Of a stretch of 64,000 nt of DNA, positions 37,446-51,624 are shown in pieces. Source of the DNA: Podarcis gaigeae (Eukaryota); the NCBI GenBank assembly GCA_964106915.2, contig OZ066915.1; one strand, 5' to 3'. The notes beneath the pieces are model-generated. The model was not told the origin of the DNA. It worked only from the letters and a program-made list of their open reading frames with translations, and did not search any database. Within the stretch, counting starts at the first letter, position 1. Each line of letters begins with the position of its first letter. A program made the translations under genes and the position numbers.

Positions 37446-37933
37446 CAGGGGTCTGCAACCTGCGGCTCCGGAGCCGCATGTGGCTCTTTTACACCTTTGC
37501 CGCGGCTCCGGGGCGGATACTAGCGAGGGGAGGAGGTGCATTGTGCACCCCGACACTCCCCACTGTGGCAGGCGCTGTACTGGCTGTGACGTCGCATGGG
37601 GGCAGTGCGTGCGTTAGTCACGCACCGTCCCAACGTCACCTTCCCGCCCGCCCACCCGCTACATTGTACGGGGCATGTGCGCTGGTCACTGCATTGAAAG
37701 GGGGCATGTACGCTGGTCACTGTTTTGAAGGGGAGTGAAGAACACACAAAAAGGTAACTTGTTAATTTAACGTTTATTTCTATGAGGAGGAGTAATTCTG
37801 AGGGGTCAAACAAAGAAATAATAAAAAAGTGACAAAATTATTTTTATAATGATGAGTTTTGCGGCTCCCAGTTTTTTTCCCTTCGGAAACGGGTCCAAGT
37901 GGCTCTTTTTGTCTTAAAGGTTGCAGACCCCTG
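37446..37933. mobile_element. hAT (Charlie-like) non-autonomous DNA transposon
   Basis: Perfect 16-bp TIR CAGGGGTCTGCAACCT; 8-bp TSD GTCTAGGG (37438-37445, 37934-37941). Confidence 0.93.
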
Positions 37934-39893
37934 GTCTAGGGTTACTTAGTAAGCATCCTCGGAAGCAACTTCGTTTTGAGATCAGTAAGATACATATATT
38001 TATCTATCTACAAGATTGGAAACGTAAGCATTTAAAACAAATTTACTGTGTGCCCTGCCAATTGTTAAATAAGATGGCAATCTTGAGTTTAATTGATTTC
38101 AGAGGGACTTAGACATGCATGTCTATTAGTCTGCAGCCTCAGTGGATTATAGGAGAGTTTATGTGGCAAGCTAACTAACATCATGTTCTCCCCCAAAGCT
38201 TCACTTGCCATGAGTTACAGGGGTTCTGAGTTCTGCAAATAGTTCCTGTGAAAGGAGAGTCATAATTTAAAAAGTATGTTTCTGTAGGTGTTCCTATTTC
38301 TTCAGAACCAACTTGTGATGTAACATTGGAGGGAGGAAGAATATGCCTTTGATGGGGGAGGAGTCAAATAAGGTCTACCCAAGCTCTTGAGCTCCCCTAA
38401 AGAAGTGCTTTGGATCCCGGCCATATTTATTTGTGTGTATGATGTTTTATGTGCTTGTATCTAACTTAGTCTGGTATATTATGTACAGTGTAATATAAAG
38501 TGTGTATGTATGTATATAGAACTATGTACAGTCATGTAATCATATATATCAGATTTCTATATGTTAACAAAAAAAAAGATTTATAAATGCATTGCAAAGA
38601 TTGAGCTTCCTAAATTTTATTTCTTGCTCAAAGCTCAGTCCTGGTATGATCATTTGCATCTCACGTTCCTTGGTAGAGTAGGTACCTGTTTCTAAACCCA
38701 GGATGTATTTGCACTTTTTCTTAAATACTGAAACTATTTAATAGTTCCACATGTTATTTCTAAATACACCCAAGCCCTGTTGAAATGAAATGAGGTTGTG
38801 CAGTGATAGTGTTTGGTGAATTGCATCTGTGGACCATAAACATTTCTATGTTATTGACACATGCAAAGGGGGCTTTTAAAACTCTTCTGAAAGGTTTGGC
38901 TTTTTTAAAAAATATAGATATATACAGTCTTCTTTTCTAAAGCATGTAAAGCTTCATCACTGTGTTTATAATGTCTGTACGTCCCTTGAAGTTGCTAATG
39001 AGAAGGAACAAGATTGCTGCACAACAGATGTGTGTAGTTTTGTATTGACAACCATCTTGTGTAACTGAGCATAAGGCAAACTGCAGGAGTAGCGTCATAA
39101 ATGTCACTATCTGCTAGCTACATAATACATGGCACCATATCTTTCCTGGCAAATAAATACATTTCTTTTTAGAGACAGACCACTAAAATGAATATTTTTT
39201 TAAAAAAACAACAAGCTTTTAGGAATTGCCTTATGCTACTAGTGAAAGTCTATGGAAGGTTTCCAGATAACCTGTGCAGGAAAATAGTTTGTGTGTTACA
39301 GACAATATTTCTTACTGTCCTACCTTCCCTAAAACCTGTTTATATAGTTACTCTGGCTTGCTTAGGCATTCTTTCCTTCTTTTCCCATGGAAGAAACTTT
39401 GGTTTCAGATAGAAACAGTTGGTCAAGAATGACAGCTAACTGAGCATGCACGAGTCATATAGAATGTGGTCCGGGATAATTTTGAACATATTTTAAGGGA
39501 GACGTTTTCTTTTAATGAAAGAGTAGTAGATTTGTGAAGTAAACAAAGGACAAGATGCTTCCTGGTACATTGAAAGATCTCTGTCGACATTCCAAGAAAG
39601 AGACATTTCTCCCTTTCCTCTGGCATGTGTGGATGAGAGCCATACACCCAAGCGGGAAGCCAAGATATTATAGGCTATGGCAGGTCTGTGTGTGCCTCCC
39701 ATGTCATCATCCAATCTTCGCTTTCTTTGGAATTGAAGTAACATGCTTAGCATGGAGGGCGGCAAGAGATTGATGGAGGACTTGGGAGGTGTTACACACT
39801 GCTTTTTCCACAATGCCTTGGCACCCTGTCCACATTCTTCCACATCCAGAGAGGGAAAGAGAAATTGGTCTCTTGTGAGGATCACTGCACATA

Positions 39894-40122
39894 CAGGTAC
39901 CTTGGTTTTTGAACAGAATACATTCTGGGAGTTCATTCGACTCCCAGAACCATTCGAAAACCAAAGTGCAGCTTCCAATTGGCTGCAGGAGTGTCCCGCA
40001 GCCAATCGGAAGCCGTGCTGGACATTCGGCTTCCGAAAACCGGAACACTCACTTCTGGGTTTTGATCGTTCAGGAGCCAATTTGTTCGGGAGCCAAGGCA
40101 TTTAGCTTCCAAAGTACAACTG
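39894..40122. mobile_element. Tc1/mariner (Tigger-like) MITE
   Basis: TA-CAG(..)GTACCTTGG ... CCAAAGTACAACTG-TA, with an internal palindrome TTCCAATTGGCTGC...GCAGCCAATCGGAA. Confidence 0.8.
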
Positions 40123-41331
40123 TATTGTACTAACATTAGGAAGAACTATGCCCAAAGTTAATTCTTGGAAAATGAAGCTTTCTGTTCTCTTCACCACCTT
40201 AACAATCCTCCTGATGCCTATACAGTTTAAGACCTGATCTCCACACGTTTTCCTACTGGTCAGTGCTCTAGGTCTGATCTTTTAAAAGTTTTGGTGAACT
40301 AAGGAGTGCTCCTAGTAGTTGCATACAATCTAGCTCCTGCATCTAGCCTTGCACTTGCAGGATTTGAGTTCTGACTGTAAAGTTCAAAAATGCTCCTTTA
40401 TATTGGGCACGCAATCCTTGGAGAAGCATTTCTGCCCAGCTTCCATTTCCTGACCTGCTGCTTAATAAATGTACATAGTGGGGGGGTTGTTGTTTTTTTT
40501 AAAAAAAGATTTCAGCTGTGGATGTTTTTGAAACATTTTTGGCAGGAAGCTCCATTGATTTAGTGTTATGACAATCGGTACTCTGTTTGCTTTAATTAAA
40601 GTGAAGTCTTCTTGAATAGAAGACTTCTATCATAAAATGATTTCCCCATTTTTTATTGTTCCTTAAAAGGTACAATCCCCTGTAATAGAGGTACTAGCCT
40701 GATTTCTGATTCTGGTAAATGGATTATTTAAGCTGTTTCTGGAAACAAGTTACTTTTCTGTACCACATTTGGAGGGGCAGGGGTGTGAAAAATGGAAATC
40801 TTACCATAAGGCTGGAGGAGTTTTGAGTAATCTATTGACCAAAATACAGTATATTTACTTGCAGTATCTATGGAACTCATATGCCGAAAAGACTTCTGTG
40901 ACTAACCACTAATTCTAAATAACACCATTGTTCCCAATAGTTTTGTAACAAAACAACTGCTCATATTTATCCATTATATAATTGTTGTATGTATTTGGAA
41001 AACCCTTCAAGCGCTAAGCTCTTATTAAAGCTAACCTATTTGCCACAAGATAGGTGATAATTCCCTGGGGTATCTTTTGTAACCCTGTGCTTTTTTCATT
41101 GTCCATTGTCTCTGTATCTTCTTTTTTAAATACAAGGTTTAAAACCTGACAAAAGCTGTTGCTTCCTCACAGTTTATTTTGTGAAATCAGCTTTGTAAAT
41201 GTGATAGCATTTAAAATAGCATGTTCTTTTTTATCTGAATTTTTATATCTAATCAATGTCTTCAGTCATGAAGAGAAATTTGCATTGTTGTGTGTGTATA
41301 TAGAGTATTGCAGTGCATGCTTATGCATTTT

Positions 41332-41416
41332 ATTAAATGCTGTCTAAATGTGGCATTATATTGTTGTGGCTTAATATTTCTGCCTACAGAAGGTTTATAC
41401 TATTAAAATAAATAAA
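41332..41416 (+). terminator. Poly(A) signal cluster (ATTAAA 41332, ATTAAA 41402, AATAAA 41407 and 41411), probable NR2C2 3' end
   Basis: Hexamers followed by T-rich downstream sequence, just ahead of the MRPS25 upstream region. Confidence 0.55.
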
Positions 41417-41525
41417 GACCCTTTTATGGCCTCTGAGTTCTTTTTTCAGAGCAGGTAATTATGGCATAACTAAATTTTTTTTTGAATGGGTTCACAATAT
41501 TCTTTGAGAATGCCTTGAGAGTAAT

Positions 41526-41762
41526 GTTAGGATCCAAAGAATTGTTCATCTACCGGTAATTTTGCCTGCCTAATAGGGTTTTATCCAAGTGTTTCTTCAA
41601 CATAAGAATGTTTTCCCATCCTTGCCATAGGGCAAATGACTTTTCAGACAAGGAGGATTTTAAAAGCAGTTTGCAGTAGTTGGGGTTGGCTTCTGCCTAA
41701 AAGTGGAGGAAATCAAAAAATCTCCATTGGGCATGCCTGAAATAGCTCTTTGGATACTGACC
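41526..41762. mobile_element. Degenerate MITE of the GGATCCAAAG-TIR family
   Basis: GTTAGGATCCAAAGA ... TCTTTGGATACTGAC; ends resemble 34525-34685. Confidence 0.5.
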
Positions 41763-43017
41763 AGAGTACTGGAGCAGTTTTAACTGTATGGAGAAAAACA
41801 CCGTTTTCTTGACTGGTTGCGACCTACAAAGCCCCACTTGACTTCTGAGTTATTTGAAAAACCAACCACTTTCTCTCTGCTGGTTCTCATAGGATCTTTC
41901 TTTCCTGCCTACTTCTGAAGGGCATTCAGTTGGAATGCGGGAGAGGGCCTTAGTTGCCAACGCCAGGCTCTCTTGCAAAAGGAGCATCTCTGATGACCTA
42001 CAGTCAGCAAATAAATAATTTTATTTAGAATTTGGTCCATTGGCTGAATTGAAAATATGTTGACTTTTTACACCTGTTTTTCCGTTTTGTTATTTGATTA
42101 TATTTGATTATTTTTAAGTATATTTTGTGGTGGTAGTTGCTTTGACTATCATTTGGTGGAGCAGCGGGATACATATTTAACAAGAATGGAAGAAGCTCCA
42201 CATGGTGAAAATACTGTGTTCAATACAATTCCTGTTGGTCAGGAAGGAAGCATTTGAACATCTCTGAGTGCTGAGCTGTCTGAGATGCATTTCCTTTTTT
42301 CCATATTTTGAGAACCTTGCTTTTTGGATTTTTATTTTAACGGAAGCTGGCTTTCTTCACTCCACATATGATCAGGGTCACTATATATTATTTAGGGTAT
42401 GTTTAAGGAAAAAACGTGGTTCCACAGGGGAAAGATGCCATACTCAATTTGGTACTAGATTTTTTTGGAAATCAAAGCTTTGCCCTCCTTCATTTACTTC
42501 AATGCTGAAAACTCGGCCTTGTACTGAAGCCACCGCTTCAAACTTTACAAACGAGCCGAAGCATTTCGACATTCCACTGGCGGCGTTTCCTCGCAGCAGC
42601 ATCAGAACAGGATCTCGTGCAGCGCAAAGTTGTGAGAACAGCCTGCGTAACTTTCCCATGCACTCAAATAGTATATGCCGGTGGTTGCAAATCAGCGCCG
42701 CCAGCCGAACGTCTGGAATGGGCGTTTGTGCATTTTACTGAATGCCTCTCCGTTTGCGCAGTTCTAGGTATCTCGCTCTCACTATTCTCTCGGATCGCAG
42801 TGTAAACAGACCCCCGATGCTTGCACTTCCGATCCCATGCCCTCCGATTCGTCCCGCCTCCTCCGCTCTCCCGGAAACTACACTTCCCGCATCCCCTTGC
42901 GATCGGCGCTCCGTTTCCTCTCCCGTCCGGGTGGGTAGGAGCAAGGAAGTTGCGCCGCCGACTCGTGCCGCTGCCTTTGGCTTGGCGGTGCGCGCGGGGC
43001 TGCCGCCTGCCGCCGCC

Positions 43018-46179
<3,162 letters not shown>

Positions 46180-46333
46180 GCCAGCTTTCTACAGCAGGGA
46201 GTAAAGCACTCAGACTGACAAGAAAGTGGGCATCTTAACACTGATGACAACACATTGGTCTTTTTACAAACCACCATTTAAGTAACAGAAAAATATCTGG
46301 ACTTACTTAAAACAAGTAAGGATGAATCTTTTA

Positions 46334-46339
46334 AATAAA
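46334..46339 (+). terminator. Proximal AATAAA, candidate MRPS25 poly(A) signal
   Basis: AATAAA 155 nt after the stop, followed by GT/T-rich sequence. Confidence 0.5.
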
Positions 46340-47620
46340 TTCTGGAATTGTTCTTGTGATGGACTGGATTGTGAATATATATGTTTGCCATTTGTTTTTA
46401 AATCAAAGGAGAACACATCTTGGTCGAACCCTGGTTTAATGAATTGTGTGCTTTTTTGTGTAACATACAACCATCCAAATACAGAATCCTGTCTATATGA
46501 TATGTGCCTGGTCTTGGGAGGACAGGCTCCCCCTTCACTCAAATAGCTGCTCTTAGTGGTGAAGGCTCTGGATTTAACAAATCTCTGGATTATGCACAAG
46601 TTTTGGGTATGCTGCAGATCTGGAGGAGCAGTGGAAAAGGGCAGGGTATGGGTTATATTGTGTGCCAGCTTGACTTCCTAGAGATGCTTATGGTTAAGCA
46701 GGATGTCTTTAAAAAGAAACAAGCTTTTAGTGTTTATAAAAGCAAATACATGCTTTAAAGAGTGAATAATGCCTGCTAAAGTCCCAGGCAACAAAGGTAG
46801 CTAAAAAGATCTCCAGTGGTTAGCTAGACTTCAGGGCTGGTCATTCTCCTTGCCTGTCTATCCAACTAGCATGAATGAGGCAGGTTTGTGTAATGTACCG
46901 GTACATGTGGCAGGAATTAAATTGCCTCGGCGTGGAAATTAAAGTTTAGAGTGAAGTAACAAAACTGAACCAGCTCCCAAACTGCTTTTGTTGTCAATAG
47001 ATTGAGCTGCCCCATATGAAAAACGCAAGAGCTACTGGGTGGAGGCAGTTTAGTCAAAATATATTCTTTTCTATTCAAAACCATAAGGCCTTGAGAAAAC
47101 TTGGCAGTAAAATTTACTGCATTCCCCCCCCCCCCCCCAGTTTTGGCTAAGGCTGTTCTTAGCTCCTTGCTAAATCTCAATAGGTAGGTGTATTGCCTAT
47201 ACTATGAAGAGGCCCGTTTGTAAATAAGAACCATTCTGTATTTTGTTACTTTATGTTTGTACAAGAAAAAGGTATCATTTCAAGCTGATGTAAATATGTT
47301 GATTACGAAGAAGCTTTATCTTCAGCCAACAACCAGTTCAGAGGTGGGTTGCCAACTTATAAGCAGGCGATGCCACACACCATTCCCTCTATTTGCAATG
47401 TTCAAGTTATAATTGCTGTTGCTATGTAGCTAAAATGGCACCATGCATACGTTTACAAAAGTATTAATTTTGTTCTCAGGGGAAATCCTGAGGAGAGGAC
47501 TCCCCCATAGCCCAGTGAGGCCCATATACACACACTGGCCACAGAAGATGCTGAAACCTCAAAGGGAAGGGGCCTATTGAGAGGGCAGCAACTGACTTGG
47601 GCCTCTTATTTAACACGAGA

Positions 47621-47657
47621 AATAAATCACACATACAAACCAATATGTTATTTTATT
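47621..47657. terminator. Convergent poly(A) signals: AATAAA (+, 47621-47626) and AATAAA (-, 47657-47652); probable RBSN 3' end
   Basis: Both hexamers are seen directly, each followed on its own strand by T/GT-rich sequence. Confidence 0.55.
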
Positions 47658-50469
47658 TCTCCAAAGCTTGCAAATTAAGAGTAGTGCATGCAAGTGTATA
47701 AACGGATGTCTTTAATGTTAATTCTCACAATGGCATGGTTTTGTTCTGTTTCATAGTGTAAATTCAGTAGTACAAATGGAAGGCTGTCAAAATGTGAGTC
47801 TACCACCATTCTATCAAGAAGGCTAGTTACATTTCACATTGACTTGCAGTCATGGAGCTACAAACCAACTTAGTTACTAGTAAAAATACATCAATACTAT
47901 GTCTTTAAAGAGTATTAGACTACAGAGTACCTAAAAACAAGGCAGAATTGATGTAACAAGGAAACATATTTTAAATGTAAAAAAAAAGCCACTGAAACAT
48001 TCATTTTGGCTGGGATATACAAAGTATTCCAGTTAAGTCTGGTGTCTTGCTGCCTAGAATAAAGTATATAGATGGTTTTGTTTTAGATAAACCACTGCTC
48101 CTTAGCTGGTAGTCACATAAAAGCTGTGGTGCTTGCCTACTTTAGCTACATACATAAATTTCTTTATTTACTGCATTTTACTACACATGTCTGGTTACCC
48201 GATATTAGCCTGTCCTGTTAGATTTGTTAGGTGCACCTGTTCCGCAAGCCCAATCCCAGTTATTTCCAATTAGGAAAAAGAAAAAGATGACCTTAAATTC
48301 TTAGGTCATCTGCCCTTACTACTCTTGCCCTAAGTGCCGTCTTCAGGTCTGTTTCCACAGGATGGCTCAACACAATTCTGAGTGCTTTTTAAACAAGCTG
48401 GCATAGTTTTAGTCAATACTTTGTAAATCAAATTAATTTTGAAGCCGAGATCATTTTCCTCCTACCCTGCCCCACCAAGCTACCACTGAAACAGTTTTAG
48501 TCAATACTAAGTATATTAAATTAGTTATGTAACTGAGCACATTCCTCCCAGCAGACAGAAAAATCAAATGAAAGGGAAACTAGAAGGAATGGGTTTTTTT
48601 CTAAATCGCCTAAAGCCATGCCCCAAATAAAGAAGATATATAGAATTGATTCCGTAAAGTGCTACTTTAACTCTTGACCATATTAAGCACCCCCCAAGGA
48701 ACAACACATCTCTGTAAACATTTTTTTCAAGAATCCCAACAGTTTGAATTACTGTTCAGGTTTAGAAATCCTGAACCAGCTATTAGTGTCTTGCTACTCC
48801 TGGATTAATCCCTTGTTTCTGTTTGTAGTATTTAAGCCAACGTTTTTGAATGTGTGAAAATCTACATTTTTTTTACACAGCAAAGCTAACTCAGGTCCCA
48901 AATGCTGGGCCTTTCCCCCACTCATGAATGAAGCAAAATTTGATTTCTAGAAGTCCATAATAATCCTCAGGAGTCAGCCCCCATGTGTGACATTCAAATT
49001 GCTCTTCATTCTTAAAAAAATAATCAAATGCGACCAAATCATGTTCATTCAGCAGAACTGAAACCAGAAATTGTTTGATAGCCCTTCAGTTACATACATT
49101 TATTTTTATACTTTCCCCAAAAATTCCAGTTCATATTTTGAACTGGAAATATCCAGTGAGTAAAGAAATATCCAAAGGACATAATTAACCAGTTTTTTAT
49201 ATGGAAAAATTAACCACCCGATCCCAAGCTATGCTGCTTCACAGCTTCTAGTTTGACAGGGTATGGGCTTGCACAGACCCTCCACAGCAGTAATAGAAAC
49301 TACACAGCAACAATGGCTGGTAGATTCAGCTCCCAAACATCTGAGCTTTGTGCTCTCCTGGAGCACACACCATGATCCCATTCTGAATTTATAAAGGGAA
49401 CAGTATATTTTATATTCAAAACAGGTGTCAAACCTTGAGAGAGGTAGCTAGGTGTTGTTTAAAAACTGAGGGAAGGCCATCTTCACATGATCAGATCATA
49501 GTTGGCTAACAGTTTGCTTTTCCATTGAAATCAGACTTCCTCCCTTATAGTATATAACTGGTGCTTTCTCCCCCACCACACACACTTTGCATGCATATGC
49601 TGCAGTTATCATTTTAACAGTCATAGCATTTCCGCTAGCCAGGGAATTTTGAGAATTGCAACTTCTGAGAGAAAGCAACAACAAAAATCAGCACTCTCAA
49701 CAAAAGGTGCTGTTCCCAGGGTTCGCTAGAGAAAGCTATTAAAATAAAAAAAGCCCTGAAAAACAGGTGATGGAGGGAACAGAAGTTCATTGGGGTTTAC
49801 ATTTTCTAAAACAGATATTATGTCTATAACATCACATCTACCCAAATCTACTTTAAAATCCCTTTATATTATCTTTTGTATTGCACAGTCAGATCATTGG
49901 CCTTGGTACTGTGCAGGTCACACTGTATCTCAGCAACCTGCTTTTTAACACTTGCCCTTAGCATATATGGCAGTTACACACATTTGCTAAAGGCACCATC
50001 TTATTTCATGCTTGACACAGAATTTACCAGACATTCTGGATCCCTTATTAGTGGAAAAGCCAGCTTTAGAAGGCCAGTCTGTAATACTGCAACAACCAAA
50101 CACAGAGGGAAGGATTGTATTTTCCTGCACCTTAAAGCATCCGTTTCCGTATTAGCCTACAGAGTTTACATCTGAAATAAAAGGAATGCCAAGAAGCATA
50201 AGAATGTTAAGAGGTTAGGTTGTGATAAAAACTGGTTGTGATACGTTTTAGATTTGTAAATGGTCTGTGACACAGTTTTAGGTTATTACAAAATCATAAC
50301 AGTGTGGACAGTATTAGCAAAGTCTGAATAATAGTGGAAATACCCACGCCAAAGTGCAGACAATTAGAGTCAATCCCAAAATTCCCTCTTGCATTTTAAT
50401 TCCACCTGCCCGCCTTTGCTTCTGGGACAGTCAGAGAACTGTAAAGTTGTATGTGCATGGAAACAGCAA

Positions 50470-51624
50470 CTAGCTGGATTTCTCCTTCTGTTTTGCTAGT
50501 GTGCGTTTCAGTTCTTTCAAATTCTCAGTCAGCACCTCAACCTCATCCATCCGCCCGCTATGTTTGGCATCAAAAATATAAGCTTTTATATTATCTATCT
50601 GTTGGAGCAGTAGCTCCTCTTCTATGATGTCTTCCCTTGACACTTCATTATCATCATCCTCTTCAAAAGGATTCGTGGAGGAAGACGTTTCCTCAAATGG
50701 ATTTCCAGATTCCTGACGAACTGTGAGCACACGAAATGGATTTCCAACAGCATCTTTAAAGGGATTCGGAGCACTGACAGCTACTCCATTTGCTTGATGA
50801 CAATCCTCGTCATCTTCAAATGGGTTATATTCTTTTTTATCACTGTGCAAGGTTTGGGTGGGCAAGGGAGCCACTGTGGAGGAATCTTCAGCAAAGGGAT
50901 TATCGGGTTCCCTCTTTAGAGTGCTAATTACTGGCTCATCTTCAAAAGGGTTTATGGGAACATTTTTATTTTGCTCTATTACGCTGTCATGCTCTTGGAT
51001 CTCTAGAAACTGCCCGGGAAAGAATGGGCTCTCTTGCGCTTGGAGCTTGTCACCACCACATGGTGAAGATGCTTTAGAGGCTGGGTTACTTGTATTCTGA
51101 GTAGTATCAAGGTCCAAAGCCTGTGCTATTTGGTTTATGCCGTCCTTCCCAATCTCTAACTTACTGTGCTTCACTTCTCTGAAATCCAGGGAACGTGTCC
51201 GTGAGTGCTGAGACATTCGTTTTTTATGTTCCCTTTCCCATTCCTTTTCACAAAGGATCTGCAATTGTTCCCTCTCCATCTCCTCCATCTCGGCTTGCCT
51301 TCTAGAAAGCTCAATGGCTCTGTCAGTTTGCTGTTGATCATATTCATCCTGAAGTTGTCGCAGGTTTTCCTGCAACATCTGGACCTCATCGAGACGATTT
51401 GCTTCTTTGGCTTGTTTAATAAAGGATGTTATATTGTCAATCTGCTGCAGAAGTGGGTCTGTGAGTTCCTGCTGGCGAGATAAGTTCGCAGTGGGCAGCC
51501 AACCTTCAGCTTTCTTTACTGCAACCCGTTTTGGCCAGGACACCTCACCGTTAGATGCTACCAAAGATCTGGAAGCATAGTCCATGTGCTTCTCCTCCAA
51601 TCGTCTCTGCGTTTCAAGTGTTGC
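50470..51624 (-). CDS. RBSN: RBSN last coding exon (Rab4/Rab5-binding helices, NPF motifs)
   Basis: ORF 50470-51600 extended to the acceptor at 51625-51626. Confidence 0.96.
   Translation of the reverse strand, partial: ATLETQRRLEEKHMDYASRSLVASNGEVSWPKRVAVKKAEGWLPTANLSRQQELTDPLLQQIDNITSFIKQAKEANRLDEVQMLQENLRQLQDEYDQQQTDRAIELSRRQAEMEEMEREQLQILCEKEWEREHKKRMSQHSRTRSLDFREVKHSKLEIGKDGINQIAQALDLDTTQNTSNPASKASSPCGGDKLQAQESPFFPGQFLEIQEHDSVIEQNKNVPINPFEDEPVISTLKREPDNPFAEDSSTVAPLPTQTLHSDKKEYNPFEDDEDCHQANGVAVSAPNPFKDAVGNPFRVLTVRQESGNPFEETSSSTNPFEEDDDNEVSREDIIEEELLLQQIDNIKAYIFDAKHSGRMDEVEVLTENLKELKRTLAKQKEKSS

Larger units (their letters stand above)
34197..41435 (+). other. NR2C2: NR2C2 long 3' UTR (~7.2 kb, inferred)
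   Basis: AT-rich non-coding stretch ending in clustered poly(A) hexamers. Mammalian NR2C2 also has a multi-kb UTR. The end point is inferred. Confidence 0.55.

Noticed and set aside
39493-40101. 202-aa minus-strand ORF in the NR2C2 3' UTR
   Set aside because: It starts inside a MITE, and the remainder resembles no protein I recognise.
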